Of a stretch of DNA of 64,000 nt, positions 31,642 through 46,670 are shown in pieces (positions within the stretch are counted from its first letter, which is position 1; every line of letters starts with the position of its first letter). Position numbers and translations under genes: made by a program. The stretch comes from Eledone cirrhosa (Eukaryota): positions 143,778,001 to 143,842,000 of the forward strand of contig OZ024742.1 of the NCBI GenBank assembly GCA_964016885.1, written 5' to 3'. The notes under the pieces are model-generated. The model saw nothing but the letters and a program-made list of their open reading frames with translations, was not told where the DNA came from and did not search any database.

Positions 31642-32103
31642 AGGTCACTCATTAATAATCTCTCTAATCGCAATTGCAATTGCCTTATTAAAAATAAATG
31701 TCCTCTCAACAACTATTGTCTTGATAAAAACTTAATTTACGAATGTAAAGTTATAACTGACACCAATTCCTTCACCTATTTTGGCTCCACTTCCACCTCT
31801 TTTAAAGCTCGTCTTTATAACCATCATTCGTCTTTTAAATACAAACTTAAAAGAACCAACACGGCTCTCTCAGAACTCATATGGTCCTTGAAAGACAAAA
31901 ATATTAAATATAGCATCTTTTGGAAGAAGGTTTCTTCTGCGTCTGCATACTTGAACAGTTCTCTATCCAAAATTTGCAATCTCTGCCTAAATGAAAAATT
32001 TACCATTATTTCTAATTTAGATTCTATAATAAATAGACGCACTGACTTGTTTTCTATCTGCTTGCATAAATTCCATAAAACATTTCACAAAGTATACAGC
32101 TAA
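31642..32103 (+). pseudogene. PLE GIY-YIG endonuclease domain, 5'-truncated (right arm)
   Basis: Open frame mirroring 31165-31626; same motifs; resembles Nematis-type PLE endonuclease (recall, unverified). Confidence 0.8.
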
Positions 32104-32944
32104 TATCCAATTCTTTATCAATTTAGAATCTTTTTCTCAAAGGTACATATATATATATACACTTCTTTTAAAAATATACCCATCTTTCTACCTTATTTCA
32201 AAGGTTATTATACATTCTATAATACTTGTTACTCATTCTTCTTTTCTTCTTTTAATGTCTAACCCCTAATCTGTACCTTTTCTCACTCTTGCCTAACATA
32301 GAATCAATTATTACATAATACAATACATTCTTACTCTATATCACCTTGTAAAAATCCTTCGTAAACATATACATTTTTTGACGTTAGATTATTCATCCTC
32401 AATTCATTATTCTTTACTCCCTTTCATCTAACTCATTCATCTCACAATATTTCCTTACTTAAATAACCTGCTGTTCCTTTTAATAATACATATCAACATC
32501 TTCTTAACATCGCACATATTATTAAACCCTTCAACATTATTCTCAATACATATTAACATTTTCTTTTTTCATCGCACATATTATCAAACCCCTTAACTTT
32601 ACATTATTTTTCTCTTCGTTAATTTTCAAATTCTTTTAATTTATTCATTATCTTCCAACGGTTTTCAACCTCTCTATGTAAAACAATATATCTTTCTCAG
32701 TTATAAAAGCTATCTCTCTCTCTCTATCACCCATCTCTCCTCCTATCTCTTCCTTCCTCACTATACTCCTCCCTCTCCACTTTTTACTCTCATCTCCTCC
32801 TCTTTTTCATCCTTTCCACCCCCCCCCCCCCCAAATAAAATATTTTCTCCAATATCACACATCAATCTAAAACTACTTCTCATATGTTGATTTAAAACTG
32901 AACTATCCACAAGTGTTTTTTAACCTTCATATCATGTCTTCATG

Positions 32945-33003
32945 TTTTATCTGATGAATATTATTGCGTAATGATATTTGTTTTTGAAATGCGCATAATA
33001 AAA
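32945..33003 (+). ncRNA. Hammerhead of family D right arm, damaged stem II
   Basis: CTGATGA and GAAA-TGCGCA-TA^-ATAAAA are intact, but about 8 nt of the 5' strand of stem II are deleted relative to 30239-30305. Confidence 0.55.
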
Positions 33004-33132
33004 TACATGGAACTCTTTTAACCATCTTTTGTTCTTATATATTATGTAAAATTCCGGTCCTACAAATTGTAGAGTGCTTCTTATCCGATATCTGCATTGC
33101 TTTATTGTACTACAATAAAACTCACCTCCTAC

Positions 33133-33183
<51 letters not shown>

Positions 33184-33261
33184 TGCAGTCTCTGTTAACC
33201 ACTCTGTATACAGATATAACTTTAATGTATACTTCGGCTGCTAGTGCCCTCCTTAACGTCA

Positions 33262-33384
<123 letters not shown>

Positions 33385-33495
33385 TGTGTGTGTGCGTGTG
33401 TGTGTTTTACTTTCTCTCTATATATATATACATACGCGTACACTTGTAAATGTATATTCTTTTTATGATGGAGCAAGCAAATATACCAAAACCAT

Positions 33496-33542
<47 letters not shown>

Positions 33543-34339
33543 AACTCAAAATAGTCTCTTACAATTAAATAGCTCAAAGAAAGAAGTTTTTCTGAGCCGT
33601 GTAATATTGGGTTTCTAACTCAATATCTGATATTGTCGGCTCCTTCTTGTCAAGCTAATTTAAATGTCGTGTAAACCCGGCTGCTATTTTTAGCAGCGTG
33701 TGTTTATGAGACTCGCTAGGTTCTGATGCCATTCGCACACTATTCAGTCTTCTGATATACTTAGAAGTCGAGAGATTACTAATTTTTACAACCACTGAAG
33801 AGCAGAAAATTGGTAATTTCCTTCTCTAAATAAATTGCGAAACAGTTCCTATAGCTGTCTGGGTGTTTCAGGCAGTTGCCCAATATAGGCTTGTTCTTCT
33901 TTTTCTTGATTTATTACTTTAAATTGAGTCTGGCAAACCATATTGTTATAGTTAGTATTTTTTTCACCCTAGTAGACTTGGTTCCTTACAATTCGAACAT
34001 ATGTACGTTTACATTTGTGTTTGTCTCTCTTGTATATTCAGTTATATTACACGGCTCAGAAAAACGTCTTTCTTTGAGCTATTTAATTGTAAGAGACTAT
34101 TTTGAGTTTCTAACTCAATATCTGATATATATATATATATATATTTAGAATCCAATATCAATAAATACACCAGGATTTTTTCATTCTGATGATTGAAAGC
34201 AACATTTTTTGCTTTTAAGAAACCACTGGTAAATGGAATAATTGCCTTATGTTGTTTATTACATAACTATATATATATATAAAAAACTATATATATATAT
34301 ATATATATAAAACTATATATATATATATATATATTTATT

Positions 34340-34497
34340 TATCCTTATCGAGCCCTCTTTGGATTTTAGTCTTCAAATTTATTATTATTACTATATATAT
34401 ATATATACCAGTAATGCACTGGGTATATATACTATATATATAAAGTACCAGTAATGCACTGGGTATTTGCTGGCCTTGTGCCTAAAGTAGAAACAAT

Positions 34498-34500
<3 letters not shown>
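34340..34500 (+). mobile_element. Family F tail fragment plus SINE family 1 3' fragments in (TA)n
   Basis: 34340-34392 matches 61277-61328; TACCAGTAATGCACTGGGTA is duplicated at about 34426 and 34446. Confidence 0.65.
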
Positions 34501-34553
<53 letters not shown>

Positions 34554-34608
34554 ATTGAATAATCATGTTAAATATTATTGATTATGTAATAATGTATGAT
34601 TTCACAGG

Positions 34609-34883
34609 CAGAGGCATAACTAAGGAAAATAGCGCCTATGACAAGCGATGAAATTGCGCCCCCTACCCTATGGGCCTAATAAATGGTTTAATGATCCAGC
34701 CACTATAATGTTCTCACCCATGATAATCAGAAACAGATCAAACATCTGAAGAAGTTTCTTTTTTTTACTCTCTGACAATAGCTTATCTGACTTTAATAGA
34801 AAGTGCTCCCAGTCTAAGTGGTGCCCCGTTCATGCGGAGCTCAGGGCACGTGCCATGCTTGCCATACCCTAGTTATGCCTCTG
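34609..34883. mobile_element. hAT-type MITE, 275 bp
   Basis: 14-bp perfect TIR CAGAGGCATAACTA; 8-bp TSD TTCACAGG at 34601-34608 and 34884-34891. Confidence 0.9.
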
Positions 34884-35739
34884 TTCACAGGCCAATTATA
34901 TAACGCATTGAAAAGATGTGTAAGACTTTCCAGTATTCAATAAATGATTGAATATCAGAATATGTGCTTTGTTTTTTTTTTTCTATTAAACTGTATATTT
35001 AAAATTACGTGGGATACCAATATTGAATTGATTTAATTTACTTGATATCACAACAAATATTACTAGATGTTAGAGGTACACAGTAGAGCACAACCAAATC
35101 GGTACGTCGCCTTATTTTGTTTGTATTATATATGCACAATAAATAGTAACTGCCGACAAAGAAATCTCCACTACTACGGGCTCCAACGCAAACCTGTCTG
35201 AGAGCGACAAATATTTGGAGAGTTTACCCTTCTCGGCCCGATGTGCAGTAGAGCCTGGGTTAGTCGGAAATTGATACACATATATATATATATATTCCGT
35301 CCATGAGAAAATACGTGCTTTGAAACTGTTAACCTTAAGCATTACATTTTAATTCGTAACTTGCTCACCGTTTCCAAAAATAGTCTCGTTATTTATCCTG
35401 GCTGCTTGATATAGCTTAATTTAGTGTAACGGTAACACCGTCGCACGGTATACATAAGATGTGAGTTCGTGTCTCACAGGTGACGCTGTGCACTTTATTA
35501 CCTCCAGGCAGTGGCGGAATGGCCAGGTCGTCAGCTTGCCTGATGGCAAGTGGGCCCCTCGGTTGGCCCCATGGTAGTACTTTACGGGCCAATACATAAA
35601 ACGTTGCTTTCAAAGAAAATATCAGAAGTCCTAGAGAAAGAATAAAAAAGTTAAGAAAAAAAAATATATATATACTCGATCTCATGTTGACCCTACTATA
35701 CTTAATTGTTGTATGTGTTTATTTTTTCTTCTTCTTTTT

Positions 35740-37117
35740 CTACTTAGAGGCACAAACTCAGAGGAGTTTCAAGAGTTGAAAGTCGATTAAATCAACTTTA
35801 TTTTATCGAAAGCAGAAGGATGAAAGGCAAAGCTGACTTCGGCGGCATTTGAACGTACAGAACCGGAACAAATGCCACCAAACGGTTTGTCCGCTGCTCT
35901 AACGATTCTGCTAACCCACCGCCAAATAATGTGTATGTATGTATCTCTAACTCCTGGTAGAGTTGTAGGGGCACTGTAGTAACATACGACGTTTCTTGGG
36001 CATTTTGTTTAAACCTGGCGGAGCCCACCCCCTCTCTAGATCTGAAGAAGGTGATAGGGAGGAAATGAGAAAGAGATATAGAGAAATAATTGACCCCACT
36101 ACCAGACTCGACTTTTATTGACCTCGGAAAGGCAAAGCTGACTTCGGCGGGATTTGAACTCAGAGAACAAAATACCGAAACGAATGCTGCAAAGCCTTCT
36201 ATCCGATGTCCTAACGACTCCATTAATAATAAGTTTTTAAAATGTAATTTTGTGGAAATGTTTTCCATGGTGTTTTCCATAATGCTGATGTTGGTTTTTT
36301 TTTTTTCAAAGACAGTTATTTTTTATTTTTTATTTTTTTTGCATTACATACTAGTAGAAATGTCATTACGTTCCTGTGGGGAGAAAATCTGACATTATTC
36401 TGATTGATATTATTCATTATCAATATGAAATTGGAAAATATGAAAAAAATCCGATTTTATGTTTAGCTTACTACAAATCCTGACCGAAAGTAATAAAACA
36501 TTAACAAACAGAAAAGTAAAATAATTGTTTCTACTTTAGGCCCTTGGCCAGCAATCTGAGGAGGAGGGGTAAGTTGATTAAATCGATTCCAGTGCTTACT
36601 GGTGCTTTATTTTATCTATCCCGTAAGGATGAAAGGCAAAGCTAACTTCGGCGAGATTTGAACTCAGAAGGTAAAGGGCCGTAACTCTATGTCGCGAAGC
36701 ATGGTGCCCGACGCCCTACCGATGCTGCCGCTGCCAATCCATAAGGAAAACTGAACGTATAGGACCATAACTCCATGAATGGTTTGTAACATATGCAGAA
36801 GGCCAGTTCTTTGTTGGGGGTGGGAAAGTCGATTATATTTACTTCAATACTTTATTTTATCGACCCTTGAAGGGTGAAAGGCAAAGTTGACGTCGGTGGG
36901 AATTGAACTTACAAGGTAAAAAGCTGTAAGTGATTACCGTAAAGTATTTTGACCGATGCTCTGACATTTCTGCCAATACACCACCCTAGTATAAACTAAT
37001 AATTGTTTCTACTTTTGGCATAAGGGCCAGCAATTTGAAGGGAAATTAAATAGACCCCATTGCATTACTGGTACTGTATTTTATCGACCCCGTAAGGATG
37101 AAAGGCAAAGTTAATCT
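35740..37117 (-). mobile_element. Cluster of about five minus-strand SINE family 1 copies of differing age
   Basis: Copies at about 35740-35925, 36090-36225, 36521-36742, 36800-36985 and 36999-37117, with GAAAGGCAAAG...GATTTGAACTC-like signatures. Confidence 0.7.
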
Positions 37118-37118
37118 G

Positions 37119-37159
<41 letters not shown>

Positions 37160-37160
<1 letters not shown>

Positions 37161-37963
37161 TACGTATCGAGAGAGAGAAGGAGGGATAAGCGATACATGT
37201 AGTTATTTGCCAATAGCGAATGCAAAGGGTGCTCAATACTAGTGCCGGCAGTGTTAAATATTAGAAGTGTTAATATCTAGTGGGCGAGAGAATTAGCAGA
37301 GCGTAAGCAGGTGGAGAAATAAATATAGGAGAACAAACCGTTAAAAGATGTTTATTTAAAATAGCACCTACGTACGTTTCGCCCGAATAGGCTTCTCAAG
37401 GGCATAAATAACTAAAAAGTGTTCCTTACATGACTTGGGATGGGTTTTTAGAGATAAGTTCACATCAGAGTTCATTCTTCGTAAAAAAGCATGTATTGAT
37501 TTTTCAGTAGGTCAAGGGAGATAACTCTGGTCGGTGTTAGGGCAGTCTTTTCCGGACAAATTTGTATCCGTTACCAGTATGTGGCTACTACCTTACCATT
37601 GTCGATACGCACAGGGTCAGGTATGCAACGTTTGTTTCGAGACGTTTGTTTGCAGCGCCTGCTCACCTGGGTCGATTCATGCCGGGTCTGGGATGCATGG
37701 TAAAGGATAAAAAAATTGTGCGGAAAAGACTGCCCTAACACCGGCCAGAGTTATCTCCTTTGACCTACTGCAAAATCAATACATGCTTTTTTACGAAGAA
37801 TGAACTCTGACGTGAACTTATCTCTAAAAACCCATCCCGAGTCATGTAAGGAACACTTTTTAGTTATTTGTCCCCTTGAGAAGCCCATTCGGGCGAAACG
37901 TACGTAGGTGCTATTTTAAATAAACATGTTTTAACGGTTTGTTCTCCTATATTTATTTCTCCA
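37160..37963. mobile_element. Fold-back hammerhead element, family E
   Basis: Arms about 37311-37560 and 37716-37963, spacer about 155 bp; one-sided tail 37160-37310; (TA)n flanks. Confidence 0.8.
37872..37911 (+). ncRNA. Hammerhead variant with U3:A8 core (family E)
   Basis: TTGAGAA-GCCC(attc)GGGC-GAAA-CGTACG-TA^; weak stem I; mirror copy at 37364-37403 (-). Confidence 0.55.
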
Positions 37964-37964
37964 C

Positions 37965-38019
<55 letters not shown>

Positions 38020-38060
38020 CGAAACATAAGTCAATTGCATGAACTCATAATCCTTTATTT

Positions 38061-38116
38061 ACTGCTATATATATTTCGATGATAGCCATTGAATAGCTAT
38101 GACCTCATCAGGCAGT
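38061..38116 (-). ncRNA. Type-I hammerhead ribozyme (family G) in a about 165-bp insert between (TA)n tracts
   Basis: ACTGC-CTGATGA-GGTCATAGCTAT(tca)ATGGCTATCATC-GAAA-TATATA-TA^-GCAGT. Confidence 0.85.
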
Positions 38117-38175
38117 TAGTCAGTTCTTAGATATCCCAGCTCTGTGTTTATAGTGTTGATGGTATCAGAGCCTTG

Positions 38176-38238
<63 letters not shown>

Positions 38239-38759
38239 TGTCGTGTTATGGTAGATATTAGAAGAAGAATAATAATAATAAGAAGAAGAATTGTATACAT
38301 TCGTTTTCATTTATTGAATACTTTCGACTTATATTTGCGGTGGGCTAAAAATAAACTGGGAGCCGTTTACATCGTGCCTTTCAATGTTGTATTGATAATA
38401 AATATTATCAATACAACATTGAAAGTCACGATTGATAATAAATATTATCAATCAAGATAATGCCATAGATTTTACATTGGAACATTATGATTACGAAAAT
38501 TCTAAATTGTGAAACAAAAACGTTTATCAGCATTATCGTAATCTATATTTTCAAAAATGTATCTCTGTAAAATTTGGTCCATATTTTGTATGGCAGCTCA
38601 AGCTGGGTCATTCCTTTACCTCCACTTCGTCTAGGGAGACAGGGACGATACGCATTTGCTTTTGGGTAATGTAGTTCGTTGTAAGTCAGATGTTTTCTGA
38701 TGTTGGTGACTATTTTCTTTATTTCATTAATGTTCCAAATTTATGATTTTGAAACTCGG

Positions 38760-39010
38760 ATTGCGAGAGTTTAAAGTAGATATTTTAATCTTTGTGCAGA
38801 GCTTCGTTTTCCAGACAGCACGCATTGTCCGGTAGCATTCCTTCCTAATTTTCTCTTTCATGCTGGAGAGATGAGGGGCTTTCATTAACCCCTAAATACT
38901 TGTAAGTCTGTTTTTTTGTTCCAGTTCTTTAATTACTGTGTCCATATCTATTTCTATTGAATTTGCCTATGTCATTCTGCCTTTCCTGAATGTTGCATTC
39001 GCAACATTAT
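38760..39010 (-). pseudogene. Non-LTR retrotransposon RT-thumb fragment, R4/Dong-like
   Basis: Hand translation with frameshifts: ATFRKGR..IEIDMDTVIKELEQ..TYKYLGVNE..MKEKIRKECYR; clade from recall. Confidence 0.55.
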
Positions 39011-39028
39011 TATCAATATTATTGTCTG

Positions 39029-39490
39029 GGCGGTGGATTGGCAGAATCAGTAGAGCGGCATAGAGTTACGGACCTTTACGTTCTGAATTCAAATCCCGGG
39101 TTTGTCAGTATCGGTAGAAGGTCGGACGCCATGCTTTGCAGCATAGAGTTACGACCCTTTATGATCTGAGTTCAAATCCCGCCGAAGTTAACTTTGCCTT
39201 TCATCCTTACGGGGTCGATAAAATAAAGTACCAGTAATGCACTGATTTCAATTTAATAGACTTTCCCCTCTCTCAAAATTACTGGCATTGTGCTTATATA
39301 AGAATCCATTATTGTTGTTATGTTGTTGTTGTTGTTATTGAATTCAAATCCTACCGAGGTCAACATTGCCTTTTATCCTTCCCGAGTCAATAGAATAAAG
39401 TACCAGCCAAGTACTGAGGTCCATATAATCTACTTTCCCCTTTCTCTCAAATTGCTGATGTTGTACCAATGCTAGAAAGAATTATTATTC
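39029..39490 (+). mobile_element. SINE family 1 cluster (5' fragment, full copy, diverged 3' part)
   Basis: About 39029-39100, 39105-39312 and 39341-39490. Confidence 0.75.
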
Positions 39491-39702
39491 TCATTGTTGT
39501 TCTTGTAATTACTTCCGTCTGATGTAGATAGACGTGCGATATATTGCTCTAGAATATTTTTTTCTTTTTATCAAACGTAATTAAAGAAATAAATAGTTCT
39601 TTTTCCATATTTTCTTCAAAAACTGCTTCTATAACATGTTTGGATACCTCTCCCACAGCGAGAGAGAAAAATGATGTGTAGATATATACATACAAATATA
39701 TA

Positions 39703-39801
<99 letters not shown>

Positions 39802-40502
39802 ATGTATGTATATTCTTTACATATAACCTAAGCTGGCTACAAACCAGAGGGATAACAGCAACCGCGAAAAGTTCAATTGAATGCAACTGCACAGAAACAA
39901 ACAAAATTGAAAGAAAACAAATTTAACTACGCAGCAGGACATAAACATTTCACAAGAAAAAAATAATGACTTTTTGACAGAAAACAGTTCTCTTAACTTG
40001 AATATTCATAAAAATAAGGCAACTAATAACAACAATAACAATATACACACGCAAGCATTATTTGCTAAATGAACAACGAAACAAAAAATAACAGTTCGTT
40101 ATTGGTTAGCGACACCAATATGTGGTAGAATCTGAATATGAACCGACTGGTCGAGAAGAGATTTATTTGGCTTGACAGAGTTTTTAACCAAGGAATTGTG
40201 CATCTTGGCCGGAATTTCTTTTTATCCAAGAGCAAGAAAATGTTAACTATTTCTGCGTTGCCCAATGTGGAGCAAATTTCTTCGTGTTCTCAATAGAACA
40301 ATTAACCCTTTAGCATTTACATTACTCTATATTTACTGTTGTATTTTCATGGACAATGCCACCAGAAATCAACGCTTGGTTTCTATAAAAGACTAGTGGA
40401 GCGTATCAGCTGGAGTAAAGTAATCGGGAGGGAGTACTTACAACGCCCTTGGTGTGATAAAGTAATCCAGGGGTTTTGTGATGTTTTTTTTTTTCTCGGA
40501 AA

Positions 40503-42331
40503 GAGACTCTAGAGTCGATCATCGATACCTGGAGGCTGTCCTTAAGGCAGCTGGCTTCGGTCCCGTCTACAGAGGCTGGATCACTGCAATGCACAGCGAC
40601 ATCTGCTCGGTGGTCAAAGTTAATGGCCACCTTACGGAACCGTTTCAGATCTCCCGATCGGTCCGTCAAGGGAGCCCTCTCTCCTCCCTTCTCTACGTAT
40701 TGACTCTCGAGCCTTTACTGCGGTAGCTTGATCTGTTGCAGGGCATCCCGCTCGAATTGGGACAAGGAAAGGCTGTGTCGACTCATGCGGACGACATCAC
40801 CGTGATGGTGTCGGACACCTCAGAAATCGAGGTGGTCGGCACCTTATTTGAGGAATATGACAGGTTGACGGGAGCGAAACTTAACCCGGAAAAGTCGGTG
40901 GACTTGCAACTCGGCACCTGGAGGGGCTATTCCATGCTGTCTAACAGCGTCGTCGGGCGCTGGACGGACCGGTAAAGTTGCTTGGGGTTTGGTTCGGACC
41001 AGAACTCTAGGTAGATAAGAATTGGGACGAAATAGGTCTGGAGGAAGCTGAGGTGATGAAAGCGTACATCACGTCCGTCATCTGCTACCGCCTGACCGTT
41101 GTGCCTTGCCCCCGTTCGCGCCTCGCCAAATTGAAACAGTTCCTCTTCAAATTTTTTGTGGATGGGACAGGTTTTGTTAGTGATTTGGTCCATCTGCTGC
41201 CAGCACCCTCTACGCGGAGGGCTGGGCATGTCATGGCTAATGATGTGCAAACATTTGCTGAGGCTGCGGCATCTCCTGATATCTGCCTAAACGGTGAACA
41301 GGTGTAGTCGCTGTTTGTCAGATGGGCCTTTCCGCAGTTCGACTCATTGACTGAGCTGCAGTTTTGGTTCAAGAAGAGACCGAGACTGGGTTGCCGGGCA
41401 CCTGGAATGTTGCCAGGTACTCACTGTCCTCTACCAGGCGGACAATGCGGTCAGTGAAATTTCCACTCTTGAGTTTATAGAGGATTAGTGGTGGGCAAGT
41501 GTGACGACGCATTCGGAGAGGCTCTGGGCGTCGACAAAGTCGAACTGATCAGTTGGTTCCGGAGGACCTTTGAGCCGGGGATGATGGATAACTTCTAGAA
41601 ATCCCTCGCTTGGCAGTGCTACCGGGGGGGGGGGGGGCACTGCCGATTCAAGATAAACTCTGCAGGCGCGGAAGTGCTGTCAGACGGACCTGCCCGAAAT
41701 CCGCGCAGAGCGACGAAACCGTTCTACACGCACTCGTCCAGTGTCCGTGCATTACTGACTTGTGGAATTACATCAAACAGCTTTTGTCGCGTGTAGAACA
41801 GATCCGGCTATCGACCGAGTCCATAATGAAGATAGACCCGCCACCTTCTTTTGGCCAGGAAGGGCAGGCAATGTTCCTCTATCTGGTGGCAGTAGCGAAA
41901 GAGGTTGTGTGGTGAACCAGATTGAAAGGACTGAAGACAAACACTTTTCTCTTCGGCCAATCCCTCATCAACTTTTTCAAGTTTTACATGGAAAGGAAGG
42001 TGAGGGTGGAGAGAGAAGTGCTGCCTTCCAGTACATTTGCTGAAAGGTGAGTGAATGTGGCGAGAATAGCCCGTGTGAGTGGGCCTACTCTGATCATGCG
42101 CCTGTAGGTGGGTTAATTTGAGAAGGAGGGGCGTGCCCTTGTCGGGTGCCCTCGAAGCGTCGGGTGGTTCAGGATTAGCGCTGTTCCTGAATCGTTCCTG
42201 GGTGGTTTACCGCTCTAATGGAGAATTTATATTGTTATTTTTTCATATTGTTTACTCGATTTTATTGTAAACCCCCACTGTCCCTGTCTGTTGTATTGTA
42301 CCTTATATATAGGCCCTTGTGGCCAATAAAT
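40503..42331 (+). pseudogene. 5'-truncated L1/Tx1-like LINE (RT to 3' end), decayed
   Basis: RVDHRYL, RQGSPLSSLLY, HADDIT, C-terminal CPxxxQSDETVLHALVQC zinc-knuckle remnant; many stops and frameshifts; AATAAA at 42326. Confidence 0.85.
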
Positions 42332-42338
42332 TTAACAA

Positions 42339-42530
42339 TTATCGGTAGAGGGTCGGATGCCATGCTTTGACGCATAGAGTTACGACCCTTGCCATTCTGA
42401 GTTAAAATCCCGCCGAGGTTAACTTTGCCTTTCATCCTTTCGGGGTCGATAAAATAAAGTACCAGTTATACACTGAGATAATTGCTGGCCCCTTGTGCCA
42501 AAAGTAGAAACAATTATTATTATTATTATT
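42339..42530 (+). mobile_element. SINE family 1 directly after the LINE 3' end
   Basis: Family-1 match with (ATT)n tail. Confidence 0.85.
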
Positions 42531-42849
42531 TACCAGCATCCAGATTTTCTTTCTTGTTCATAACTTAGAGTGCTCCGCCTACTAATTTTACTATCATCAT
42601 CATCATCATCATCATCACCACCACCACCATTATCATCATCATCATCATCCTCATCATCATCATTATTAACGTCGTCGTCATCACTATTATTGAAAAAATA
42701 AAAATTCCGCAGGTTGCAATTATGAATAGAAGACAGGTTGACTATATAAAAATATCAAGTTAAGCTTCAACCAAACTAACCTGACGATCTTAAAACTCGT
42801 GACATATCTCATTTCTTTTGTTTCCAGATTGCCACTAGCCAGATATGAA

Positions 42850-44650
<1,801 letters not shown>

Positions 44651-44847
44651 GTGCATAGACTCTGTTTTGTGTGTATTACATACTGCTGTGAGCTGTTCGT
44701 TATTTTCATACACTCATAAACGTGGAATTCTCTTTCATATTATGTCTCCAATACAAAACAGGCAGACGATCAGCGTGTCGGCGGAGCTAACATTATTCGA
44801 TACGATCAGCTATCTGGGAAAACATGGAACACACGCACATACATACT

Positions 44848-44878
<31 letters not shown>

Positions 44879-45087
44879 ATATACATACAATATTTACATA
44901 CACTCACACACCAATAGATACATGTATGTATATATATATATATATATATATATGTAGAGGTTATATTTAATTTGTTGGGATACAACAAGCAAATATTTTT
45001 ATAACTGATATAAAGCACTCAACAAATTTTTGGAGTAAAAATACAATATATTAATAAATGGAAACTATATTTATAAAACCATATTTA

Positions 45088-45148
45088 TTTCATTATACAT
45101 ATTTCAAGGACACCAAAGCAAATTATGGTGCGCTTTCATCAGATAAAA
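45088..45148 (-). ncRNA. Type-I hammerhead ribozyme (family A, left arm)
   Basis: Mirror of 45489-45549 with an intact core. Confidence 0.75.
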
Positions 45149-45150
45149 TA

Positions 45151-45336
45151 TAATTGTTTCTACTTTAGGCACAAGGCGGCCAGCAAATACCCAGTACATT
45201 ACTGGTACTTTATTTTATCGACCCCTGTAAGGATGAAAGGCAAAGTTAACCTCGGCGGGATTTGAACTCAGACTGTAAAGGGACGTAACTATGCTAGAAA
45301 GCATGGTGTCTGACGCTCTACCGATTCTGCCAATCT
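45151..45336 (-). mobile_element. SINE family 1 inserted in the family A palindrome
   Basis: TSD AATATAAT (45147-45154) / AATACAAT (45337-45344); the opposite arm shows the empty site. Confidence 0.9.
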
Positions 45337-45488
45337 AATACAATATAGATCAGTTTTATAAACAAATATTGACATACCCTTAAAGAATGCGACCATGTCG
45401 GTTGGAAGCTCCCGGGAGCTTCCAACCGACATGGTCGCATTCTTTAAGGGTATGTCAATATTTGTTTATAAAACTGATCTATATTATA

Positions 45489-45549
45489 TTTTATCTGATG
45501 AAAGCGCACCATAATTTGCTTTGGTGTCCTTGAAATATGTATAATGAAA
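45489..45549 (+). ncRNA. Type-I hammerhead ribozyme (family A, right arm)
   Basis: TTTTAT-CTGATGA-AAGCGCACCA(loop)TGGTGTCCTT-GAAA-TATGTA-TA^-ATGAAA; predicted cut after 45543. Confidence 0.78.
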
Positions 45550-45582
45550 TAAATATGGTTTTATAAATATAGTTTCCATTTG

Positions 45583-45686
<104 letters not shown>

Positions 45687-46116
45687 TATCTTATTTTGTT
45701 TGACCCGTTTAGCTTGTTCGCCTTTTTGGCTCTGGTGGTTAATGGCTTCTTAACCATCGTCTCAGTTTGTATGACCTTTTTAACTTATGTTTATAGCTCT
45801 GGTATCTTCTTCATATCCATGGGGCGCTTGTCTACACAATATGGAAGTTGCGTTTTGCTAATTTCTACCCGCCGAAATGCGATTCTCGCTAAATTTATAT
45901 TTGTATATATATATATATAATTTGTATATACATAAAATACTTACTCATACACACACATACACACATACACACACACACATACACACGCATAGAAACACAC
46001 ACACACACACATTCACACATATATGTAGATATAGATATATTTGTATGTACATACAATACTTACACACACACACATACACATATATACATACATATATATG
46101 TGTATATATATATATA

Positions 46117-46486
46117 TAACGAAGGAAATGTGGTAAGGAACCTGATGGACCATAACGCACCAAAGTACTCAATACTTAGGGTAGTAGAGTGGGTAATAGG
46201 AACGAGTAGGACCCGACGGCTGAGCTCAAGCCGTTTCGACGGCTAATTCTGGAGTCCAGAATTACCCGTCGAAACGGCTTGAGCTCAGCCGTCGGGGTCC
46301 TACTCGTTCCTATTACCCACTCTACTACTCTAAGTATTGAGTACTTTCTCCAGAAATAGCCGTCGAAACGGCTTGAGCTCAGCCGTCGGGGTCCTACTCG
46401 TTCCTATTACCCACTCTACTACCCTAAGTATTGAGTACTTTGGTGCGTTATGGTCCACCTGGTTCCTTACCACATTTCCTTCGTTA
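46117..46486. mobile_element. Family B three-arm element (one minus, two plus copies)
   Basis: Minus 46117-46253, plus partial 46255-46347, plus full 46348-46486; all begin inside the same hairpin (TCCAGAAWTAGCCGTCGAAAC). Confidence 0.85.
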
Positions 46487-46670
46487 TATATATATATATG
46501 ATTTTTATTAATTAATTCCCTTTTGGTTTGTTGCAGTGTTGTCTGCCCACTATATCTAACGAGTCCACTCTGATTCAAATTATCTCTTTCATCGAATGAG
46601 GGGATATTCAACCGCAATTAAGTTGATTTGTGGAGACACTCGGCTAACAACAACGGAACACTTACTTAAA

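Larger units (their letters stand above)
30205..33132. mobile_element. Penelope-like element 3' end as a head-to-head 2.8-kb palindrome (family D)
   Basis: Arms 30205-31626 and 31642-33038, 15-nt spacer; each arm has a GIY-YIG remnant, a long 3' UTR and a hammerhead; tail only on the right (33039-33132); (TA)n flanks. Confidence 0.9.

Noticed and set aside
33612-34128. 22-bp direct repeat TTTCTAACTCAATATCTGATAT about 495 bp apart
   Set aside because: Could be a TSD or old duplication, but the enclosed sequence shows no element features.
35509-35560. hAT-like terminus CAGTGGCGGA
   Set aside because: No matching inverted end or TSD found.
46200-46486. CRISPR-like repeat array
   Set aside because: Repeats are contiguous element copies without unique spacers; eukaryotic context, no cas genes.
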